A stretch of 40,772 nt of DNA from Coniocarpon cinnabarinum (taxonomy: Eukaryota): positions 62,001 to 102,772 of the forward strand of contig JAVECO010000077.1 in the NCBI GenBank assembly GCA_051942205.1, in the 5' to 3' direction. The stretch's first letter is position 1. Every line of letters begins with the position of its first letter. This document shows positions 1-10,494 of the stretch, piece by piece. A model generated the notes under the pieces. The model was not told the DNA's origin, ran no database searches, and worked only from the letters and a program-made list of their open reading frames with translations. The position numbers were made by a program, and so were the translations under genes.

Positions 1-415
1 AGGGTGGCTCTTATGCTTCTGCTTATTTGCCAGCTTGATACGTAGCCTAGAGAACCTGAAAATACTATCCTGGCTCCCTAGAACTAAGCGTTGATTTTGG
101 GAGCAGCAGGGGCCTAAAGTAGGATGGGGACATCGTCCTGTTTAGCACAAAGTATGGATGGCAACAGAATGGAAAGCAGAAGAGAGAAAACACCGGCGAT
201 GTAAGATATTAACCGAGACCAGCTCGCATCAACATTTCTATGAATGAATGAATCATCCCCATTGAAAGGAGTGGACAGACTGGCCTATTCGGCAGCCCAA
301 TGGCCAACCATGGTAAGGCCCCATCAACAAGCCAGGTGTTTCAGTCAGCTGTGTGTTGTTTATTACTTCCCACCGCTGTTGCTGGCTAGACAAGTGTTAG
401 CAACAGACTATCCCG

Positions 416-655
416 TCATTCAGTGACGGCAAACTTACGTCCACCACCACCACCACCCAATGCAGCCTTCGCTTTGTCTTTCAAACTGCGCTTCTCCTTC
501 GCGGAATTCCCTTTATCAGCCGCTTTCTTTTTGTCTTCTGACATCGTTGTGTCATAAGTTTGGTCGTCAGCCTTATTAGTACCCCTCCCCGTAAGATCCA
601 ATAGGGCGCGGTTGCGGTTGGGGTCAGAGGTTTTCTGATCCTTGTTGTCACTCAT
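416..655 (-). CDS. Small hydrophilic (K/D/G-rich) hypothetical protein, 79 aa
   Basis: ATG-initiated ORF. On the minus strand it is preceded by a CA/CT-rich leader typical of fungal 5'UTRs and a TATAA box (804-810). No homology recognised. Confidence 0.5.
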   Translation of the reverse strand: MSDNKDQKTSDPNRNRALLDLTGRGTNKADDQTYDTTMSEDKKKAADKGNSAKEKRSLKDKAKAALGGGGGGRKFAVTE

Positions 656-803
656 GGTCGATGGGAGTGAATGTGGATTAAGGACTTAGAAAGGACTTGG
701 AAAGATTGCAAAAAGAATTTGGGTGTTGTAGCCTTTTTGATGTAGAGGATGTTGATGGAGTTGTCTGGTTTACGATTGAGACTGGGGGAAAAGATCTCTC
801 CTT

Positions 804-810
804 CTTATAT
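804..810 (-). promoter_or_regulatory. Putative TATA box (ATATAAG) for the 416-655 ORF
   Basis: Reverse complement of cttatat, about 150 bp upstream of the ATG at 655. Confidence 0.35.
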
Positions 811-3800
811 GTAGGCATAGTGATCACGTTTTGAAAGTGCTCGGACTGTCATCGATGCCAGCTTGCCACTATGCGATGGATTGCCACGCTGTCTGCCACG
901 CTGTCTTCCTGGAGAGCTTGATGTTGGAATGTCCATAAGCGTGCGTCCAAAAGATGCTGTACCGCCTTTAAGAGAGGACAACTTTACTTTTGCACCAAGT
1001 TGTGAGATGTGAAGCGTTACAGGATCGATGCATTTGTCATAAGGTGCCTGCAAACAGGAAGCGTCAAGCAAGAAATGCTCTCATAAGAGACACGGTGGCA
1101 GGGTCTTAAGGATTCCACATCCTATCATTAGTCTCCAGCCACTCGATGCTGTGAGCTTGGTGCAGGATCAGCCGATGACCGTTTGTGTGAAATTGATTTG
1201 GGGCAACGCTCAGCATCAAGGAGGGTTGACAAGCCAAATGCGTCTACCTGCAATTCTCTCATGTATCATAGCTGGTTGCATAATTGCTAGCCCCATTTGA
1301 TGGTCGAAACATCGCATCCCGATGTCTGTGAGTGCCTGTATGATGAAGCTACTGCTTCGAATCTGGTTTCAAAAAGCGTGACGCAACCTTAAATTCCCTT
1401 TGATCCTCGTCATCAGCACTTGGAATGCTTCTCAAAGGGCAAGATTCCTCTAGTTCTGCAAACGTCGGGTCACGCATGGCGCGAAAATTGCCCTGCTGTT
1501 TAGGTAGATTGGTAGACTCCCGCCAACGGCCGGATCGCACCAGGTGCACGGCACGTGACGGCTGAACAGGGGCGACACTTTGCAAACGGGGGCGTCACGT
1601 GTCCACTCCCGCTGCCCGAAGCCGCCAGAACCTTCAAGTTTGGGGTGGCCTTGTAGTGGATGCTTGCGTCGAAACACTTGATACAGACACCCGGCGGGCC
1701 GTCTCGATCGCAACAGATCCAACTCGACGCGAAGGCCGGCATCACGCAGCGGACGGATAGAGATGTCGTTGAGCAGGAAGCTGCAAGGCTGGAATGACTG
1801 TCCAGGTCCTCAGAGGTGATTCTGCTGTGTATATCCCTCTTTGACGCATCTTCCTGCGGTTCGGGCACGCAAATTGTGCAGATGGACCTCATGGTACGAA
1901 CAAGCCTGCACGTCGCGGTGGCTACGCATCAACTGAATCGCAGTCTGGCACGCGGGGGATTCACATTTGGTACCACAAGCGCATCAAGCACACAATACCT
2001 TCAGTGTGCTTCACAATGTGTTGGGTCTCAAAGTATCGCTTCTTGCGCTATTTTGGACTTTCCAAGGGACGCTCATACGCTTTGTACGTCAGATGCTAAC
2101 TAGCCAATAACTGGGCTTTTTTTTTCTCGTGTATCTATCTAGTCACTTCACATGCACGTACTCTATCAACTGAAATTGGAATTCATCAGAGCACTGGCGC
2201 ACAGCTGTAAAACCACAACGCCCATCGCGGCATGGCAATGGTCACCACTACGCGGGACGCCCAACGCCTCTCATACCCAGTACTACACTTCGCGGCACTC
2301 ATTATTGATTGTGTACAGCTTGCCGTATCCACAATATATCAGGCAGTGTGGTCAATGCTTAGCTTGTAGTTCCCTTGCAATTCGATAGCGCTATAACCAA
2401 ACGACAATCCGTCTTCATGCAAACAGACGAGGGAAGTGAGGAAGCTGTATTGATTGAAGAGGGTGTTTGCATTGTTGCATACGTATTCTACGTCTTTCAG
2501 AGCTTCACACAGGTTCTGGTATGTATTGTGTGTCAGTATTTCCGGCGCAGTATATGATTCGTGATACGACACGTGACCTGCGGGCAACTGCCCGTTGATC
2601 TACGTAATCGGCCCAACCTGAAGCAGAATCAAGATCACTATTGGTCGCAAACATACATGGGCAACATTGTACCTTTGCACGAGAGCAGGCCATTTCTTTT
2701 GCGTTTTAACCCGAGCTCTCCTAGACGAACCCGCCGTACTACGATGAACAAAAGGTGCACCGAATGCATCGACCCGGTAGACCCATGCGTGCCGCGCAGC
2801 CCGTCTTCTTTATCCAAAACGGATTTGAAGTACACTAACGTAAATGTCACGACCTCTACGCGTCAATAGCTGCATTTAAGCCCCAATCCAACTGCCGCTC
2901 TTGGTTCCATGATCTCGGCCGGATCTTCACGGGAGTCAGTGCAGGAAAGGTCTCTTATTTAGGGGTGCAACTTTCCCATAAAGGACGCGTACTAGGTATC
3001 GATGGCCCCGTTTTCCGAATTCGATGACTGTCCCAAACTTTGATGCTTGGGTCACTGCGATTGGCACTGGAGATGAAACACACTCAATCGACCCGGTACC
3101 TTGCGGGTCTGAACAGTCTTCCGCTTTTGATATACCAGCTGCAAACAATTTGGCCAGTCAAGTATAACTCATCAAATGCCATCTCGCATGCTCATCTGTA
3201 ACGCGTTGACTTGATGCGGTGGGAGATCTCCCGCTGTCATTCAAACACCTCCAAGTTCGGAACTTTGCGTGCAGTCAGGGTCAAAACCTGCTCTTCCACC
3301 CACTATTCCTCCTCCCGTGCCTCATCGTACTCCCTGCATCCTCTCTGGAAATACCACTTGTCTCAAAAGAATTCGAAAGCCGCGTCACGTGTCCAGTATC
3401 ATGTGCAGTGCCGATGCTACTGTGTATGTATGTTGCAGACAGAACCCCTTCACAGGCCCAACGAAGCGGTGATGCACCAAGCGCTGAGCCTTGTAGTATA
3501 CAGAACCTTAGTGCAAGCGGCCGAGCTGTGGACTCTTCAATATACTGATTGTAAAGCGAAGATCACGTGGATCGAGATGGTGGTAATGATCACATGCAAG
3601 ATCCAATGTCTTGGCAGCGCATGTGAAAGTGCTTTGCCGAGCATACGCGGGTATCTCTCTATCGTCCGACGCAAATGTTCTTCAATGGCTTATCCTCTTA
3701 ACGATACTACATACTTAATTATGCAATGAATGTAGTTGAAACAGGAACGCCATACTAGTCACGGTCTCCGCTGAAGCGATCCGCCAATCCAGCACGCTCC

Positions 3801-3838
3801 TACCACCGCATCCATCCCTTCATTGACACCTCCAAGCA

Positions 3839-4746
3839 ATGGACGCCCTCAACTCCCTCCTTTTGGATCCAAACTACCACGACCCCCTCGCCATCCTCAA
3901 AGCCGCCCGCAATGGCGTCGTCTACGGAACAAAGATCCGCTTCCCGCACGCCCTAGTAATGGTGCTCTTATTCCGGTAAGCAGCAAGCCCGACAATCCTC
4001 AACTCTCTCCATCCAACGCAGCATCCCCCTCACACAACCCCCACACCGCTTCTAAACAACGACAATCAAAGCTAACGCACAACAGCACCGGAACCACCAA
4101 AGAAAAAACAACCGCAATCCTCAAGGCCACAAAACAACACGCCACCAACCTCGCCACCTTCGCAATAATCTATAAATCCCTGATGCTCCTCCTCCGACGC
4201 ACAGCGCCGCGCCTCTCTCCGCACACGTCTGCGCATCTCAAAAGCGAAATCGCGCCCCGTCCCCGCAGCGAGCCCAGCTCCCACTCCTTCATCTCCGGAC
4301 TAATCGCGGGCTACTGTGTCTTCGGGCGGCGGAAAGCCACATTCAGCAGCGTCAATCAGCAGATTGTGATTTATGTGTTTGCGCGCGTGGTGTTGGGGTT
4401 AGCCAAGTTAGCGGTTCAGCCGCGGGCACCGGTGCCGAAGGGGACGCAAGCTGGATACGGTGAGGTGTCGCCGGGTGGGTTCGGGGCATTGGATGGAATT
4501 CTGAATGGGATTGGTTTGGTATTTGGGAGTGAGATCTGGACGGATGAGCGGAGGGCGTATGTAAGGAAGAGGGTGGAAAGGGATAGTTGGACGGTGTTTG
4601 CGAGCGTGAGTTGGGCGATGGTCATGTGGTTGTTTCGGTGGCATCCGGATGTGCTGCAGCCTAGTTTGCGGAGCAGTATGAAATATCTGTATGATAATGC
4701 GGAGAATTGGACGGGTGTCAGGGATTGGATTTGGCATAATCAGTAA
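3839..4746 (+). CDS. PXMP4: Peroxisomal membrane protein 4 (PXMP4/PMP24, Tim17 family), ~265 aa
   Basis: Exons 3839-3975 and 4086-4746 (GTAAGC..GCTAAC..CAG intron). Spliced protein MDALNSLLLDPNYHDPLAILKAARNGVVYGTKIRFPHALVM..LKATKQHATNLATFAIIYK..SSVNQQIVIYVFARV..WAMVMWLFRWHPDVLQPSLRSSMKYLY matches the PXMP4 signature. Confidence 0.92.
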
Positions 4747-5240
4747 TTTGAGCTGTGGAGAGTGCTGGCATCTAAAGAGGTATAGAATGTACAGTTGCGA
4801 TAATGGCACGATGAGCAAGGACCTGCGCATGTGTTGAGAATCTATAAACAGCATTGAAAGCAGAGATCGAGAATATGAAACTTATCTGCCATGATACAGC
4901 TCTGATGGATAAACACGTGTTTGCCCCAAGCAGACTGTCAACGGCCAACAAGAACCCAGCAGTATTCCCAACTTCCGTTCGCAGTCGCAAAATCATGATT
5001 CGACGTGTTCGTTTTATCCGCTAAGACTTAGTCGATGCACCTCAATGTGAGCTTCTAAGCGAACGACACATCGGACCAGCCCGCTCCGATTGGTTCGGAG
5101 TCGCCTTCTCCACCATTCCCCAACAACTCGTATTGCAATGAGTCAGCATAATCGAGTTGTCAAAAAGTACGTTGTCAGCCGCACGATGTGGTTCACAGGC
5201 CGTACAAGGAACCGTTTGGGAAGGAAGAAGGTGAATAGCG

Positions 5241-6790
5241 ATGTCGCACAGTCGCGAAGAGTCGGATGAATACGTAAATGACAAGCAAGTGCCAGTTGAA
5301 TACCTCCCGGATCGAGGAATTAGACCGTGGCTTTATCTGTTGGGGTGTTATACGCTTGAGGGTTCAGTATGGGGTAGGTCAATATGAAGGGACCTTTGGA
5401 AATAAGATCCGGCCACTAACGACGATAATTAGGTCTTGCTCTGAGCTGGGTCAGTGCGAACCAATCTTTGAGCCTGTCATTGGCATCAATACGCCATAAA
5501 TAGTCTTGCAAAGGAAGTCATGCTTACCAAAACGCACAGGGCGTGTTCCAAAACTACTACAGCAAGACTCCCCCGTTCGACAGCCAAAGCGCCTCCTTAC
5601 CTATCGTAGGCACATGCGCCGCAGCCTTGGCGTATTTTGGTCTGCCGTTCATAACGACAGTACTCCAACGACATCCACAGCTGCTCGCTGCCGGCGTCTG
5701 GATTGGCTGGATAACATGTTTGTCTGGGCTTGTCTTTGCCAGTTTCGCGACGCACGTTAGCCATCTCATCGTGACTCAGGGCATTCTTTTCGGCTGCGGT
5801 TGGGCGGTCTGCTATACACCGTTTTTGATCATGCTGAATCAGTGGTTTGTGAAACGGCGTGGCACAGCTTATGGTATCCTATTCGGCTCATCTGGCCTCT
5901 TTGCGATGGTTTATCCGTTCATTCTTGAAGCTGTGCTCAAACGGTATGGATTCCGCACTACATTGCGTCTGGTCGCGTTCGGCATCTTCATAGTGAGCGG
6001 ACCATGTATGTTCCTCATCAAGCCCCGAATTAAGATTACCAAGAGATCAACAGGAAAGGGCACTAGCGGCGAACAATATGCTGAACTTGTCAGAAAGCCG
6101 GCGTTCTCAATTTTTTGTGCAGGTTGCCTCCTCCAAGGCGTAACTTGGTTTCTCCCACGGTTCTTCATGCCGTCATACGCCGCTGATTTAGGGCTCTCAC
6201 CCGAAAAAGGAGCAAGTCTCCTTGCCGCGCTCGGTTGTGCGCAAGTGGCTGGACAGATGACTCTGGGCTGGTCTTCCGACAAGGTGAACGTGCACGTACC
6301 AACTACACTTTCAACCGGTGTCGCGGCCGTTTCGACGCTGTTGTTATGGGGTCCGGCGACCCAGCTTGCATCTTCACATGTGATGGTTCCTCTGACAGCC
6401 TACGCGATCCTGTATGGAGGCTTTGGCGGTGGATACACAGTCCTCTGGACTCGGATCGCCAAGGTCATCACACTGGATGAGGACGGCATCATGCTGGTGT
6501 ACAGCGCGTTCTCGATCATGCGAGGGATAGCAAATGTCTTGTCTGGACCTGTGAGTGCTTTGCTGCTGGGTCGTGAGATCGTCCTGGACAGGTATGGTTT
6601 GGCGAAGTACCAGGGCATTGTTGTATTTGTTGGTGCTGGAATGGCTGTCAGTGCGATGACAGCCTGTGCTGTTTGTTTCGCAAACAGGTTGGAAGGAAAG
6701 ATTGCAAAGAAGGTCATTCAAGATGCTCAGAGCCCCACCGAAATGGAGCCATTTGTAAGCTCGCCCATTGAATCGCAGGACGGCGTCTGA
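5241..6790 (+). CDS. MFS transporter, monocarboxylate porter (MCT/Mch)-like, ~466 aa
   Basis: Exons 5241-5373, 5433-5449 (17-nt microexon) and 5540-6790. N-terminal PDRGIRPWLYLLGC..WG-LALSW-GVFQNYY, QWFVKRRGTAYGILFGSSG and GWSSDK motifs; about 12 hydrophobic segments. Confidence 0.9.
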
Positions 6791-6990
6791 CGTCGGAATC
6801 GGAAGAGTTTTTGAGCACTGTTTCTTCCAGAAACAATCGCTTAGGTTTGTATATTGTGCAGGGATAGTTTGTGCAGGAAACACAAGGAGGCCCTCTGAAT
6901 ATTGCATGGCTCCTCTGCTGGAACTTCCCCGTTTCGTAGTGCATCGAAACGGCGCAACAGAAAGGATCTCGAATTCCAGATTTGCCAGGA

Positions 6991-7845
6991 TCAAGCGCCC
7001 ATACCGCCTGCCTGCGTCATCATCTGAGTCTGCATCTGCATCTGCATCTGCATTTGCATCTGAAGCTGATTCTGCATCTGGAGCTGCATCTGATTTTGCA
7101 TCTGCATTTGCATCTGGGTCTGTGTTTGTAGTTGATTCTGGTTGGCCGCGTTGAGTGCTTGCTGCTGCCGCGCAAGAATATGCATCATCATCTCTGCGGG
7201 CGGCGGTCGCAACCACTGATCCTTTTGATACTGCGTTTTGGTGTTCGACATGAACCAGCCGTAATCCGCCGCCGTGTCCTTGAGGATACGCGCCGCCATG
7301 GCTTTCAGAAAGTGCTGGCAGTTATTGCGGAGCAGCTTGTACTCGCCAAAGCCCGCCAGAGTTTCATGGCAGGCAGCGTCAACCTGCTCCTTGGGTAGCT
7401 GCGTCCACCCAATCAGACACACGTAATAGCCATCCACATCAGGGATACCAAGTTCGGTCAAGGCCATGTCTCTCCTTTCCTGATCAATGCTATACGGTCT
7501 GATGTTGCACACGTACTGCGCTTCATCGCCGGGGCCCACGTTCCGGTCTCTTCGCAGCTCGTACTTGGTGCCGTACGTGATTAGTACCCAATGCTGCAGG
7601 CGCCCGTTGAGGATACAGCGCGAGAACCAGACGCGCTCGCCTTTGCCGTCGTCGGCCTCCTGCGCCGCGCGCAAGTCGGCGCCCTTGCGCAGAGCTTTGT
7701 CGCGCTCCGCCGTGTAGCGCTTCATGCGCGAGGAGTTCTGCATACGCTGGCCACGTGAGGAAGCGGCGAACTTGGCGGCGCGTTGCTTCTGCTTCTTGTT
7801 CGAGACTTCTTCCATATGGAGATAGGTGCTTTGAAGGGCGCCCAT
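6991..7845 (-). CDS. PPPDE/LRAT-like circularly permuted papain-fold (NlpC/P60) protein with Q/M-rich C-terminal tail, 284 aa
   Basis: Single-exon ORF. His motif LQHWVLI precedes Cys motif YKLLRNNCQHF (permuted catalytic order). N-terminal MGALQS and C-terminal QTQTQMQMQMQNQMQLQMQ. Confidence 0.7.
   Translation of the reverse strand: MGALQSTYLHMEEVSNKKQKQRAAKFAASSRGQRMQNSSRMKRYTAERDKALRKGADLRAAQEADDGKGERVWFSRCILNGRLQHWVLITYGTKYELRRDRNVGPGDEAQYVCNIRPYSIDQERRDMALTELGIPDVDGYYVCLIGWTQLPKEQVDAACHETLAGFGEYKLLRNNCQHFLKAMAARILKDTAADYGWFMSNTKTQYQKDQWLRPPPAEMMMHILARQQQALNAANQNQLQTQTQMQMQMQNQMQLQMQNQLQMQMQMQMQMQTQMMTQAGGMGA
7021..7140. repeat. Imperfect hexamer coding microsatellite (TGCATC)n encoding the (Q-M)n tract
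   Basis: tctgcatctgcatctgcatctgcatttgcatctg.. is visible on the + strand. Confidence 0.85.
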
Positions 7846-8485
7846 GGTCTTTTCCGTGAGAGAGTTTAGTCTGGAACCTTGGCAGCGCTGTCAGTGCAAG
7901 GACGAGACCAGGGACGGGAGCATTCCATGGGCATTGGGTCGTTTGAAGGCGGGCTGCCGTCGGGTTGGTGCCTTGGTTAATTGCGGCTGAGCCCGCATCA
8001 GGTGACGTTAGCGCCCTCGGGATTCGCCGCGACCCCTGAGTTTGCCTTGTGGCGCGGCAAGTTGGGGCTGAGTGGCTGATCAGCCCCATTGTCTGGACTC
8101 GTATCGAATCATGTGCCGAATGACTGGTCTGATAGCTCCCTGGTGCGGCATGGCTGCCCGAAGTGCGTGCATCGAAGTTTGTCTGTTCACTCATCTCCGT
8201 CGCAGTCTATCTACACCATGTATCCCGTCATGCTCACCTCTGCAAACCCCTGAATAGACGTTAGATCGAAATGCACATCCCGCTCAGCAGGGCGATCCAG
8301 ATATTTCATACCGTGCATGGACGACATCCTCTCTGTTTTGTTGCAGGCCATACTTGAGTTCCATCTCTTGGGTCTGTGACGACAAGCAGGCATCGTACTC
8401 CTCTCTGGTCTTGTTCACTGGCCTTCCGCAGAGGCACCAGCCTGGGTGTTTCTTTTCATGATGAAAAACCTCGAATCGCAAATCG

Positions 8486-8867
8486 ATGACTCAGACCGCC
8501 GTTGCAAGCCCATTGGTAAGTACACTTGTGCACGTGTTTGTCCGATGATCCTCGTTTTCCTCCTTCTTTTTTCGTCCAGTCCCTCCAATGGCATAAATTA
8601 ACAGGACATGCAAGGCTTCATTCTCGCCTACCTGTTGTTTGTCATCACTTGTTTTCCCTGCTTAATTCTTAGCTTCTTCTCCGGATGTGGACTCAACGAG
8701 TTTAGTAGACGGTAAGTAAACCAGCGTACCACGCCCTATCTCACTCACCATCACTAACCATCAGCTCAGCTGTCATCGCTTCCCACGGATTCTTTACGAT
8801 TACGTATTGCATGAAATGCCTTTCTAGAGGTCACAGAGTTGGGAGACCACATTATAACGGCCTTTAG
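8486..8867 (+). pseudogene. Spliced small ORF or decayed membrane-protein gene remnant (~79 aa)
   Basis: Two canonical-looking introns (GTAAGT 8516..CAG 8604; GTAAGT 8712..CTAAC..CAG 8764) join MTQTAVASPL-DMQGFILAYLLFVITCFPCLILSFFSG.. with a hydrophobic segment. Confidence 0.3.
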
Positions 8868-9063
8868 TTGATCGCAGCTGGGGCCACTGATATTCACGTG
8901 GAAATCAAATAGTGTTAGATACTGCACCGTAGAAAGGTGCGAGAATCCTGAGCAAGAAGGCGTGACTGAAATCTTCAGAGATCGATTGAGAAAGCGGGTT
9001 GGGCCACTGCGACTTGCCGCTATCCAGTAGCCGCTCAGCGCACATCGACATTAGCCTTCCCAT

Positions 9064-10059
9064 TTACATTGACTGCTTGGTACGGCGCAAGGTATAGCGG
9101 AGGTTGAAGAGAATCAGAACTCCAACTAATGCAAGTGTTGCAACGATAGCGATCACTGGACTCAATATGGCAAATACTGCGAAACCATATGAGGCATTGT
9201 GAAACGATTGGTTGTTTTCGAGTCGCTTTGTTGCTAGTCCAACCTGCATCGCACTAAGCACTATTGCGACGTATACGCTCAATGAAACGAGCCATTTCAG
9301 ATTCTGTTCCAGAAACTCGCCATAGTTGTAGTAGCCATACTTATATCCTCTCAGCAAGTTGGTGAAGCTGAATGTCTGTGCAGAGAGTCGGTAGATCCAG
9401 TTGACGCGGCTAAGTCGCAGTTCACTGAATTGGTATCTGATATTGATGTCATTGTTTTGGCTAAGGTCGACGTTGCTTGCTACAGAGCTCAAAATGTCGG
9501 TCCAGACTTCCCAGGTGACCTCTGACGGCAGGAGACCTATCTCATGTGCGATGCTGAGGTCGTTTTTTCGACTGACGAGCCACACGTACGACAGTAAAAA
9601 TCCCAGCGCTTGCTCGTATAGGGAGCTTTCGCAGCAGAGGGTATCCTCCCACACGGACCGACAAAGCAGAAAGTCAGGCAATGGCTTCATATAGATAACA
9701 CCACCGCTCCATAGCAGGTGAAGATCTGGCTGCTCTGTCACTACGATCGAACGCTTGAGGACTTTCTGCTCCGTTAGTGGACGAGCTGGTCGTTTGATGC
9801 CTGCGAGCCACAAATGGTGATGGATCGCATTCAGCCTGCTCACGTCGAGTTCATTTTGGTAGAAAGCCCGTGCGTCGGCGTCAACCGTTCGAAGTCGGCC
9901 GTTCTTCTGGTAGACTTTCGGTAGTCGTAGAGCTGCAATGCTTGAAGTGCAAGACACACTGGTTGCCGCTGAGCTCTGGGCCGGTGAACGGTGTTGACTT
10001 GAAAGATCTGGCGTGCAGTGGTAAGCCTCTGCGTCAAATGGACACGAGTAGTTTATCAT
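9064..10059 (-). CDS. DUF6601-family fungal membrane protein, 331 aa
   Basis: Motifs ELDVSRLNAIHHHLWLAG, RSIVVTEQPDLHLLW..IYMKPLPDFLL, ALGFLLSYVWLV, RYQFSELRLSRVNWIYR and YVAIVLSAMQVGLAT, with two C-terminal TM helices. Confidence 0.85.
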   Translation of the reverse strand: MINYSCPFDAEAYHCTPDLSSQHRSPAQSSAATSVSCTSSIAALRLPKVYQKNGRLRTVDADARAFYQNELDVSRLNAIHHHLWLAGIKRPARPLTEQKVLKRSIVVTEQPDLHLLWSGGVIYMKPLPDFLLCRSVWEDTLCCESSLYEQALGFLLSYVWLVSRKNDLSIAHEIGLLPSEVTWEVWTDILSSVASNVDLSQNNDINIRYQFSELRLSRVNWIYRLSAQTFSFTNLLRGYKYGYYNYGEFLEQNLKWLVSLSVYVAIVLSAMQVGLATKRLENNQSFHNASYGFAVFAILSPVIAIVATLALVGVLILFNLRYTLRRTKQSM

Positions 10060-10494
10060 TTGGCTGGTCTTCCGTCACTATGTCAGGCTCGTAGAAGTTG
10101 CCGAGATGCAGAACAGCGAGGACAGTCAAAGATTCTCGAGAGCACTCGTTGGGGCTGTGTCGGCCCTTGACGTTGCTGCCTCTTTGCCTGCTCCTCATCG
10201 TCCGCCCCCAGCCCGAGTCGCAGCATTGGCTGGCTTTGAATTCATCATCACCAGGCCGCGAGAGCCAATGCATCAAGCAACAATATTCAACCAACGTGGA
10301 ATTGATCACACAGCGACTGAGGTCTATCGGAGTTTAGACGGACTTCATTGTGACCTCCCATTCAGGGGTAAAGCCTGGCCGTGATTAATTGTGACACCGC
10401 AAAGCATTAGCGCAGCCCTACGTCTGAGTCTCCATCTCCATCTCTTCAGATTGCAACAGCCACGGTCATACGGAGAGGCAACCTGTCTGTTGCG

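Noticed and set aside
2339..2587. YTAPEIL string resembling protein kinase subdomain VIII
   Set aside because: No HRD, DFG or DxWS motifs at suitable spacing, and the ORF has a non-ATG start.
6374..7216. 280-aa minus-strand ORF with DADADA repeats and the antisense SASASA ORF 6768-7154
   Set aside because: These are alternative-frame or antisense shadows of the (CAGATG)n tract of the PPPDE-like gene and of the MFS gene.
7523..8194. 223-aa minus-strand ORF overlapping the PPPDE-like gene
   Set aside because: Out-of-frame overlap in GC-rich sequence with no recognisable motif.
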